A stretch of DNA of 64,000 nucleotides, taken from the NCBI GenBank assembly GCA_002346675.1, contig DEAI01000011.1, positions 194,710-258,709 of the forward strand, read 5' to 3'. Source of the stretch: Fidelibacterota bacterium UBA2986. Lineage in GTDB: Bacteria; Fidelibacterota; Marinisomatia; Marinisomatales; AB-629-J13. A program made the position numbers and the translations under genes. Under the pieces are notes generated by a model. That model had not been told where the DNA came from. It made no database searches and was given only the letters and a program-made list of their open reading frames with translations. Below, in pieces: positions 20,312 to 28,264 of this stretch. Every line of letters begins with the position of its first letter. Position 1 is the stretch's first letter.

Positions 20312-20728
20312 TTATATCCTTCCCGCTAAAACAGCCCCCAGGTGTGATCCATAAAACAGAAAAACAATGGCCAAACCTCCAAGCATAAAATATAAAACAA
20401 GCGCCCACCTAGTGTCTGGTAGTTTTTTTTCAAACTTGAGTCTTAAAGCAAACATTACAACAAAAAGTAATATTGATATAATTTGTAAAGAACCGTGAGA
20501 TTTAAAAACAGGAAAGGGGTTTTCAAAATGACCATAGTTCCAATCTGCTATAAACCCAGAGAGAACAGAAAAAGAAGAAGCAAGAATTCCCGAAAAAAGA
20601 TTCCACCACCCTGCGGTTTCAAGGCCTCTTTTCTTTAGGACAAGGGATAAACCATCAAAAAGATATCCAACAGAAAGAAGAGCGATGGGAAAATGAACCA
20701 CTAAAGGGTGTATATCGGTTATTTCCAT
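20312..20728 (-). CDS. DUF2231-family membrane protein
   Basis: 138 aa with 4 TMs. The N-terminal HPLVVHFPIALLSVGYLFD matches the DUF2231 signature. Confidence 0.6.
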   Translation of the reverse strand: MEITDIHPLVVHFPIALLSVGYLFDGLSLVLKKRGLETAGWWNLFSGILASSFSVLSGFIADWNYGHFENPFPVFKSHGSLQIISILLFVVMFALRLKFEKKLPDTRWALVLYFMLGGLAIVFLFYGSHLGAVLAGRI

Positions 20729-20755
20729 TTTATAGCACCGAAAATCAACAAACAG

Positions 20756-21217
20756 TTAAAGGTTATCATACTTTTTTATTTTTATAGATCCATAGATACT
20801 CACAATCAACAAAAAAGTAATAATATGTGTTAACCATATAAACGGGGTGGTTGGTATAAAAGAAAACTCAACATAATAAATACCAGCCACAACAAACAAA
20901 AGAGCAGAATGGAGGCTGTTTCTTGCTAGCGCTGTTCCCATTTTAGTAACTAAAACATAGAGAACAATTAAAAAACCAACAGAGCCAAGCCATAAACCAA
21001 AAAACCTATAAAGTAGAGACAGGTAGAGATGTAACTCGCTGTTTATACCTTTGCTTAACAGGTCTTTGAAGGAGACAGTTAAAAGCAGTTCGTTTGCCTT
21101 TTTATCTAAAAGCCAGGGTTCCCCGATTGTAAAATATGTTATTCCAACTGCTAGAGCAATTAATCCAACTAAAAATATAGGTACCCAAACCAAATTATGA
21201 TATTGTCTGCCATTCAT
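20756..21217 (-). CDS. Hypothetical integral membrane protein
   Basis: 153 aa with about 4 predicted TM segments and no motif I recognise. Called as a gene because of its operon context and hydrophobic periodicity. Confidence 0.45.
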   Translation of the reverse strand: MNGRQYHNLVWVPIFLVGLIALAVGITYFTIGEPWLLDKKANELLLTVSFKDLLSKGINSELHLYLSLLYRFFGLWLGSVGFLIVLYVLVTKMGTALARNSLHSALLFVVAGIYYVEFSFIPTTPFIWLTHIITFLLIVSIYGSIKIKKYDNL

Positions 21218-21238
21218 TGCCTAAACTTAATAATGTAT

Positions 21239-22024
21239 TTAAAGAAAAACCCTAAGTTCTGCAATTGAATCTATGATAGCGTCTGGCACAATGTCTGACT
21301 GCTCTAAAATATCCTGATCATACTTTCCGGTTTTAACCAAAACCGATTTTATTCCGACGGCCTGTGCCCCCCCTATATCGTTTATCAGGTCATCCCCTAT
21401 CATCGTAACACACTGGGGTGGTAGCTGTAGGTCCGATAGGGCAGCACAAAAGAAATCTTTGTTTGGTTTTCCCAGAGAGATTGCTTTTTTCCCTGTTACA
21501 TATTCCAGTCCCGCAACAATTGCACCAATATCCATATCTAGCCCCCCACTCACCTTAAAGTATTTTCCCTTATGCAGAGCCAGCAACTCAGCTCCTCGCA
21601 TAATATAGCGGAAGGCCCGGTTAATATCATTATATGTCCAATTGTGCCCCCGGTCGCCTATGACCACCCAGCTTGGCTCGTCTCTTTCACAATCAAACCG
21701 ACGGTAGTCTTCCATAAGCTCGTCGCTGATGAGCAAATGACATTTTGGAGATCCAAGTGAGTCTAAATATATTTCTCCAGCCCTACCAGCGCTTATAATT
21801 TCATCTTCTTTTATATCTAAACCAAGATTGCCTAGTTTTTCTGTCAGCTGTTTTCGTGTTTTTGAGGTGGTATTAGTAATAAAACGAAACGGAAAGTTTT
21901 TTTTACGTAGCTGTGATATTATTTCTGCCCCCCCCTGAATAAGCTTTTCGGAAATATAAAACACTCCATCTAGGTCCAACAGGAATGCTTTTTGTTTCAA
22001 TGATTTGCTTTTCACAACCAACAC
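21239..22024 (-). CDS. HAD-superfamily hydrolase, subfamily IIA (NagD/LHPP-like phosphatase)
   Basis: 261 aa. Motif I FLLDLDGVFY, motif II FITNTTS, and C-terminal MIGDDLINDIGGAQ. Confidence 0.8.
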   Translation of the reverse strand: MLVVKSKSLKQKAFLLDLDGVFYISEKLIQGGAEIISQLRKKNFPFRFITNTTSKTRKQLTEKLGNLGLDIKEDEIISAGRAGEIYLDSLGSPKCHLLISDELMEDYRRFDCERDEPSWVVIGDRGHNWTYNDINRAFRYIMRGAELLALHKGKYFKVSGGLDMDIGAIVAGLEYVTGKKAISLGKPNKDFFCAALSDLQLPPQCVTMIGDDLINDIGGAQAVGIKSVLVKTGKYDQDILEQSDIVPDAIIDSIAELRVFL

Positions 22025-22063
22025 ACTACCTTTATAAAAACAAGAATAATAAACATATTAAGA

Positions 22064-22792
22064 TTAGAGATGACTTCTTTTAAGGCTGTTAAAGCATAGC
22101 CATTGAAATAGTTTAAGCTGGGTTTCGTCGTCTGTCATTATTTCTGGATGCCACTGAACGGCGAGAAATAATTCGGGAGAAGCTAGGTCCTCGATTGATT
22201 CAACAAGACCGTCCGGGGCCGTCCCGGAGACACCTAAACCTTCCCCCAGTCTGTGGATTCCCTGGTGATGTGTGCTGGCTACTTTAATATTTGTTTTTTT
22301 TAAAACAGAAAACAGATAGCTTTTTTTGTTTAGAAAAACATCATGGTATGAAACCTTTCCGTTAAATTCGCCGTGATCAATTTCTGAAGGGTTAAGCGTT
22401 TTTAAATCCTCATAAAGGGAGCCCCCATAAATAACATTAATATGTTGCAGCCCGACGCAAATGCCCAGAACTGGTTTTTTAAATTGTTTAGCTGTTAAAA
22501 ACAGCTGTCTATCAAAGGACTCTCTTTCAGGTAGCATTACATCTTTATCAAGAAGCTCAGCGTTGTTTCCTTTATATAGATTACAGGGAATGTCTGGCCC
22601 GCCCACCATAACAAATCCATCGATTTTTTTTACAAGATCAAACACAGAACGTTTTTCTAGAGAATGGTGGACTGTAACTGGAACACCCCCGGCTTTCCAT
22701 ATAGCGGTATAATACTTATCTCTTGTTCCGTTCCAAAAAGAATTTCTATAATTAAAATAATAAGGATTTATTCCGATAAGAGGTTTTTTCAT
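22064..22792 (-). CDS. Class I glutamine amidotransferase-like, peptidase C26 family (gamma-glutamyl hydrolase, PuuD-like)
   Basis: 242 aa. Nucleophile elbow GICVGLQHINV and the His region VQWHPE. Confidence 0.8.
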   Translation of the reverse strand: MKKPLIGINPYYFNYRNSFWNGTRDKYYTAIWKAGGVPVTVHHSLEKRSVFDLVKKIDGFVMVGGPDIPCNLYKGNNAELLDKDVMLPERESFDRQLFLTAKQFKKPVLGICVGLQHINVIYGGSLYEDLKTLNPSEIDHGEFNGKVSYHDVFLNKKSYLFSVLKKTNIKVASTHHQGIHRLGEGLGVSGTAPDGLVESIEDLASPELFLAVQWHPEIMTDDETQLKLFQWLCFNSLKRSHL

Positions 22793-22802
22793 TTTATAGG
22801 CT

Positions 22803-24104
22803 TTAAAAATTCTTCAAATAGTTTTCTCTAATAAAAAAGCCCAAATCTCTGCTCTCTAGAGAAAACAAATCTTGGTTTTTTAATGTCCAGGCACGGTCTA
22901 GAGCTGACTCTAAAAAGCTTTCTAAGAAAACAGTCTCAGACTTTATTTTTAAAAACCTTTTACGCTCTTCTAGACCACGGAGCGCACAGTCAGCTATAAT
23001 TTTTAACCACTGCCCACAGGTTTTTCCTTCTGGGCCTTTTTGAGACAGGTCTAAACGGAGCGCGGCTGCATTCAGAGATTTCCTTTCTATGTTTGACCAA
23101 CAAGAAACTCTTTCCCGAAGCTCTTCCCTGACATTTTCTGCTGTCAGGAGCCCACACCAAAAAGCTGCAGGGGCCAACTCATATCCAAAAGGGGGACGGT
23201 CGGACCCGCGGACCTCTAAGACGCTCTTAAAACGAATGTGTGTAAATATTTGACGGAGGGCAGACTGTATATGTTTATCTGAGAGGGTGCGGTCATTGTA
23301 AAGAGATTTCAGCCACTCCCCCAAGGTGCCACCAAAAGCCCTTGTTTTTAAAAAGTTGTCTAGAATAAAAATAGCCGGGACAGATAAAATATGTTCAACA
23401 AAAGAATAAATTAAATTCTGATGTTTAATAATACCATGGTCAAACAAATTTCCACATCGAGGAGAGTCTGTATCGTTCCAAATTTCAAGCCTTAAGTTTC
23501 TGTTTTCAGCAGGGCTTCCTTTTAGGAAGGGTGAGTTCGAAAACAACAAAAAACCAAAAGGCTGGAGACAGTCTGCCACATAAGCCATACTTTCTCCATC
23601 CTTTTCGCTTGTCATATCAATATTTACCTGAACACTGGCTGTGTTTCTCATCATCCACGGGCCGTGTTTACCTGTTGAACAAAAACGCTTGTTCATTAAT
23701 TGATACTTTTTGATGTTTATTAATTTTACCTTTTCAGGATTATAAATTGGGTCCAGGGAAAACCCCAAAGGAAAAACCTTATAGCTATCACATAAAGACC
23801 TAAGGCCCTTATTGTGGCTGTCTAGCTGTGCCTGTATATCATGAAGGGACACAAAAGGTGCAGAGGCCCACTCAACCTGTCCTCCGGGCTCTAAAGAATA
23901 TGAGCCCACCCCTCTTCCCTGATGCTTTTCTAGCTTATCCACAAGCTCTGTAGATGACATCTGGTCTCCAGGGTTGACAGGGAGCCTTCTCATTTGGTTG
24001 TCAAAAAAAATTGTTTCTATTTCAACGCCTATTCGCCGGTCTTTTGGGTGCTGAAAATTGGAAAAAATAAACTGTAAAACCTTTTCTATTATAGGGCTGT
24101 CCAC
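22803..24104 (-). CDS. Glutamate-cysteine ligase family protein (plant/GCS2 type); true substrate unknown
   Basis: 433 aa. RIGVEIETIFF and SLEPGGQVEWASAP parallel the IGTEHEKFGF and EPGGQFELSGAP segments that I recall from plant-type GCL. Confidence 0.68.
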   Translation of the reverse strand: MDSPIIEKVLQFIFSNFQHPKDRRIGVEIETIFFDNQMRRLPVNPGDQMSSTELVDKLEKHQGRGVGSYSLEPGGQVEWASAPFVSLHDIQAQLDSHNKGLRSLCDSYKVFPLGFSLDPIYNPEKVKLINIKKYQLMNKRFCSTGKHGPWMMRNTASVQVNIDMTSEKDGESMAYVADCLQPFGFLLFSNSPFLKGSPAENRNLRLEIWNDTDSPRCGNLFDHGIIKHQNLIYSFVEHILSVPAIFILDNFLKTRAFGGTLGEWLKSLYNDRTLSDKHIQSALRQIFTHIRFKSVLEVRGSDRPPFGYELAPAAFWCGLLTAENVREELRERVSCWSNIERKSLNAAALRLDLSQKGPEGKTCGQWLKIIADCALRGLEERKRFLKIKSETVFLESFLESALDRAWTLKNQDLFSLESRDLGFFIRENYLKNF

Positions 24105-24106
24105 AG

Positions 24107-24649
24107 TTAGGATTTATATAGAGATTTTGTTTTTAATATCATTCTTTTAATAGAGGGCTCAGAATTTAAATTAAATATTTTATGAATTGGAACCCACGCT
24201 AAGTCGTGAGACTCGTGGTTAGCTATTATAAGCTCTTTTTCTGGATTTGCCTGTAGCAAGAAGCGAACATCATAGTGATAGTGAGAGGGCTCATCAGCAA
24301 ATTGTGGGACTTTATGAATATCAAGGTCAAAAATATATTCACTTAATATTTTAAAAATTTTTAAGCCAGACTCTTCTTTAGCCTCTCTAACAGCAACCTC
24401 AAGCAAGTTTTTCTCTCCATCTGAATGACCACCCAACTGAAGCCACTTGTTTAGTTTTTTATGATGGGTCAAAAGAACTTTAGATCTGTCAGGACTTACA
24501 ATCCACGCCGAACCAGTGAAATGCCCAAGAAAATTTTTTCTGGAAAAAACGCTGGACTGGTTTATTAGAAATCCTAACATCTTAGAGGGGGCCCTTTCAT
24601 GAGGGTGGTCTAGAATATATTGATCAATTAGTTTTTTTAAGGTGTTCAT
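24107..24649 (-). CDS. NUDIX hydrolase
   Basis: 180 aa. Nudix box GGHSDGEKNLLEVAVREAKEESGL. Its start overlaps the permease stop by 4 nt. Confidence 0.85.
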   Translation of the reverse strand: MNTLKKLIDQYILDHPHERAPSKMLGFLINQSSVFSRKNFLGHFTGSAWIVSPDRSKVLLTHHKKLNKWLQLGGHSDGEKNLLEVAVREAKEESGLKIFKILSEYIFDLDIHKVPQFADEPSHYHYDVRFLLQANPEKELIIANHESHDLAWVPIHKIFNLNSEPSIKRMILKTKSLYKS

Positions 24650-25656
24650 TTTTTCATATGTGGGTCTAGATGGTCTCTTATACTGTCACCTAAGAGGTTG
24701 AACGCTAAAACAGTTATAGCTATAGCAACACCGGGAGCAACCGATATCCACGGAGCTGTTCTTATAAAGTCCTTTCCTAAATTAATCATGGAGCCCCAGC
24801 TGGGTGTGGGGGGCTGTGCGCCAAGGCCCAAAAAAGAGAGGCTTGCCTCCGCCAGAATGGCCGAGCCGATTCCTAGGGTATAGGTAACAACAATAGGAGA
24901 AATACAGTTTGGTAGAATATGCCTCCATAAAATCTTACCTGAGTTCAGCCCTATAGTTTGTGCTGCTAAAACGTATTCCTGGTGTTTTACAGAGAGAACC
25001 TGACCTCTAACAAGCCGAACAATGCCAGGCCAAGAAACCAACCCAATAGCAATAAACACCACCAAAAGGCTTGGCTCAAAAATTGATGTAATTGCAATTA
25101 AAAACAACAAAACAGGAAACCCAAACATCATATCTGTTACACGCATAATAATAGTTTCTGTCCACCTCCCGAAGTAGCCAGCAAGTCCCCCCAATAAAAC
25201 ACCAACCAGCAAAGAGAGGGTGCTTGCACATACGCCAACAGCAAGTGATATCCTCGTCCCAAACAAAACCCTAGACAGCACATCTCTTCCAAACTGATCT
25301 GACCCCAATATAAAAGTAAAAGATTTAATCCAATCCCTCTCAAGCTTTTCTTTAGATATAAAAAACTGCCTTCCAATTAAATCATCGTAATATACACCCT
25401 CTTGAGACTCTTGATATGTTTCTATTGCAACTGTCTGTATTGGGAGGTTTTTACGGTGCCGAAAACGGATTACCTGACCTCTAAAACCAGGAGGTTTATT
25501 TCTAAACTCCAAAACCTGAGAGTTTGGAGGGGCAGGAGAAATTTTATGGGCAAACAAACCCAGAAGAACAAGTAATATGATAAAAAAAACACCAAACCAA
25601 ACAGAGAAAGGCAAGCTGTTTATTGAACAATATATTTTGCTTTTTGTTATTCTCAA
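24646..25656 (-). CDS. ABC transporter permease, peptide/nickel type (DppC/OppC-like)
   Basis: 336 aa. The EAA-loop region EASLSFLGLGAQPPTPSWG is typical of DppC/OppC. Confidence 0.9.
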   Translation of the reverse strand: MRITKSKIYCSINSLPFSVWFGVFFIILLVLLGLFAHKISPAPPNSQVLEFRNKPPGFRGQVIRFRHRKNLPIQTVAIETYQESQEGVYYDDLIGRQFFISKEKLERDWIKSFTFILGSDQFGRDVLSRVLFGTRISLAVGVCASTLSLLVGVLLGGLAGYFGRWTETIIMRVTDMMFGFPVLLFLIAITSIFEPSLLVVFIAIGLVSWPGIVRLVRGQVLSVKHQEYVLAAQTIGLNSGKILWRHILPNCISPIVVTYTLGIGSAILAEASLSFLGLGAQPPTPSWGSMINLGKDFIRTAPWISVAPGVAIAITVLAFNLLGDSIRDHLDPHMKK

Positions 25657-26618
25657 TTGCGCTCTCCGGCCCTAATGCGGGGATCAATTGTTCCATATAG
25701 TATATCAACAATTAAGTTAACCAAAATAAAGATTATTGCCATAAAGAGAACTGTCCCCTGAATTACAGGAAAGTCTCGCTTTAAAATAGACTCAAGGACC
25801 AGCCTTCCTATTCCCGGCCAACCAAAGATTGATTCTGTGAGAACTGCGCCAGAAAGATAGCTTCCAAAGTCCGTTCCGATGATGGTCAAAACAGGAATTA
25901 AGGAGTTTGGTAGCGCATGTTTTGTTATTATTTTCCAGCGAGGTAGCCTCTTGGCACGTGCCGTTCTAATAAAGTCCTGGTTTAGTGTTTCCAACATGGA
26001 GGCCCTGGTAAGCCGGGTGATTTGGGCTGCAGAACGAAGCCCAAGCGTTAGAGATGGAAGAATGATGTACTCAACTCCTCCGTATCCGGTGGGCGGCAGC
26101 CAGGCTAAGTGTACACCAAAAACTAAAACAAAAACCAACCCCGTCCAAAAAACAGGAGAAGATATTCCCGCTAAAGCAAAAACCATTACCGCTTTATCTA
26201 TCCACGACCCAGGGACAAGCGAAGTATAAACCCCCAAAGATACCCCAACCAAGACAGCTATAAACATTGCCGAAACTGCGAGAATAAGTGTGTTTGGGAA
26301 TTTTTCCATAATCTCACTTAATACAGGCCTATTTGTTATAAAAGAGGTTCCCAGGTCTCCCCTAACGGTATTGCTAATAAAATGAAAAAACCGGAAAGAA
26401 AGAGGTTTATCTATATTCAATTTGTCTCTCATAATCTCTACTGTTTTTTCATCATATCTCTCTCCCACTATAGATAAAACCGGATCTCCAGGAAGAACGA
26501 TCATAAGAAAAAAGGAAATTATCAAGACCCCAAAAATAACGGGAAGGGTCTGAAAAATTCTGCTTAAAACATACTTACCCAACGGATTTCTTCTCCCAAT
26601 AAATATAACGCTCAGCAT
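25653..26618 (-). CDS. ABC transporter permease, peptide/nickel type (DppB/OppB-like)
   Basis: The track ORF is 25653..26759. Its first ~47 codons overlap the SBP gene and look non-genic, so I trimmed to the ATG at 26618. A TTG at 26582, just before GKYVLSRIFQTLPVIF, is an alternative start. The body is typical DppB (FIRTARAKRL...). Confidence 0.85.
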   Translation of the reverse strand: MLSVIFIGRRNPLGKYVLSRIFQTLPVIFGVLIISFFLMIVLPGDPVLSIVGERYDEKTVEIMRDKLNIDKPLSFRFFHFISNTVRGDLGTSFITNRPVLSEIMEKFPNTLILAVSAMFIAVLVGVSLGVYTSLVPGSWIDKAVMVFALAGISSPVFWTGLVFVLVFGVHLAWLPPTGYGGVEYIILPSLTLGLRSAAQITRLTRASMLETLNQDFIRTARAKRLPRWKIITKHALPNSLIPVLTIIGTDFGSYLSGAVLTESIFGWPGIGRLVLESILKRDFPVIQGTVLFMAIIFILVNLIVDILYGTIDPRIRAGERN

Positions 26619-28125
26619 TAAAAACAAGTTTAGGTTTATATCCAAAGATATAGCTTTGAGTGAGAGTGTAGCTACCCTTGTGCCACAGAAATATCCAGGG
26701 AGCGTCGTTGTGTAAAAGAAGACACGCTTTTTGAATAAGCTTGTCCCGAACCTGGCCATGTGATGAGGACTGTATTTTTAGAATAATTTCATCAAGGTTT
26801 GGATTGGAATAGCGGTTCCTTTTTTTCATTGATTGTTCAGAGAAAAAAAGAGGATAAAGAAAGTTTTCTGCGTCTGGATAGTCTGCCGTCCAGTTTAGGT
26901 AATACATAGGAGGTCTTCCATTTCTAACGGAAGCTTTAAATACATTCCAATCACTGTGAAGAATGCTCACATTTATCCCGATAGAGGCCCAGTCAGCCTG
27001 AAAGGCTTCAAGAACGTGAAACATTTCTGAGCCACCCCCAACCCACAGCTCAGTATCAAACCCACCAGCAAAACCAGCCTCTTCCAATAAACCAATAGCG
27101 CCCTCAGGGTCATAGGGGTATGGATTAATTTTATGGTTGCCAGCCAATAGAGAAGGCGGAACTGCGCTTGAAGAGAGCTCACCACCAGGGATAAGCAGGT
27201 GAAGATGTTTTTCTCTATCAAGCGATAGGTTCATAGCCCGCCTTACACGGTAATCGTCAAAGGGAGGCCTTGAACAGTTTAATCCTATATACCAAATATT
27301 TAATTCATCAGAGTATTCTATATGATTTTTGTGTTTATCTTTTTGTTTCCATCTATTTATCTCTGTTGGTGGTATTGATAAAAAATCCAAGTTTCCAGCT
27401 TCAAACTCAGCGGACTGAGTAATAGCCTCAGATAAAATTCTAAACCTAAGTGTATTTTCTAAGGGCTTTTCTCCCCAATAGTTTTCATTTCGGACAAGGT
27501 TAATTTCACCATCTCTATTCCAACCTAAAAGCTTCCAGGGGCCGCTTCCTGCGGGAAGTTCGTTTATTAATTTTTCCATTTTGCGGTTTATAATTGAAGC
27601 CGCAGGCATTGCAAGATATTGAATAAAGGGAGAAAAAGGGGCTTTTAGTTTTATAATTAAGGTGCTATCGTTTTTAGCTGTTAGGCCTCTTACAGATAAA
27701 GACTTTTTATTCATAAAAGCATCAGCCCCATCAATCTTTAAGAACATCCAAGACTGGGGAGACAAAACCTCAGGACTTAAAATGCGACTAATCGAATAAA
27801 CTACATCCTGAGCTTTTAGGGAGCTTCCATCATGAAAGAAAATACTGTCCCTAATAGTAAATCTATATTCCAGATCATCTTTAGAAATTCTCCAGCTTTT
27901 GGCAATTCCTGGTAATATTTCAGTGGAGTCACCAAAATGAACAAGATTATCATAAACAAGAGAAATTAATTTGCCGGATCTTACATCTACTGCGAGAGCC
28001 GGATCAAACCCACGAATATCAGCGGAAAGGGCTAGCTGGAGGCTGCTATCGGGAACAGAGTTTTTACACCCAACAAAAACAAATAAAATCGAAACAGCGG
28101 CAACGCCCCGAAAATTAACACACAT
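26575..28125 (-). CDS. ABC transporter substrate-binding lipoprotein, family 5 (peptide/nickel/glutathione type)
   Basis: 516 aa. Lipobox FVFVGCKN. DppA/OppA/GsiB-like length and sequence pattern (LVYDNLV..., ENYWGEKP). Confidence 0.9.
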   Translation of the reverse strand: MCVNFRGVAAVSILFVFVGCKNSVPDSSLQLALSADIRGFDPALAVDVRSGKLISLVYDNLVHFGDSTEILPGIAKSWRISKDDLEYRFTIRDSIFFHDGSSLKAQDVVYSISRILSPEVLSPQSWMFLKIDGADAFMNKKSLSVRGLTAKNDSTLIIKLKAPFSPFIQYLAMPAASIINRKMEKLINELPAGSGPWKLLGWNRDGEINLVRNENYWGEKPLENTLRFRILSEAITQSAEFEAGNLDFLSIPPTEINRWKQKDKHKNHIEYSDELNIWYIGLNCSRPPFDDYRVRRAMNLSLDREKHLHLLIPGGELSSSAVPPSLLAGNHKINPYPYDPEGAIGLLEEAGFAGGFDTELWVGGGSEMFHVLEAFQADWASIGINVSILHSDWNVFKASVRNGRPPMYYLNWTADYPDAENFLYPLFFSEQSMKKRNRYSNPNLDEIILKIQSSSHGQVRDKLIQKACLLLHNDAPWIFLWHKGSYTLTQSYIFGYKPKLVFNAERYIYWEKKSVG

Positions 28126-28264
28126 GATGTTACAAAAATACGATATTTAAATAGCTAACTCTAAACGCATTAATAAAAGAGAAAGAGCACCTTTTACGCG
28201 TAATTATGATTATTTGACCACCTTAAATTTCTGCCTTATTTTTATGTAATATTAAAGGATATCT

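Noticed and set aside
26619-26759. N-terminal extension of the DppB-like permease ORF. Similar extensions occur at yidC (9248..9289) and ispF (61248..61298).
   Set aside because: The extensions overlap the upstream genes and do not resemble the family N-termini. Internal starts that give short overlaps (ATGA or TAATG type) fit the translational coupling seen throughout the window.
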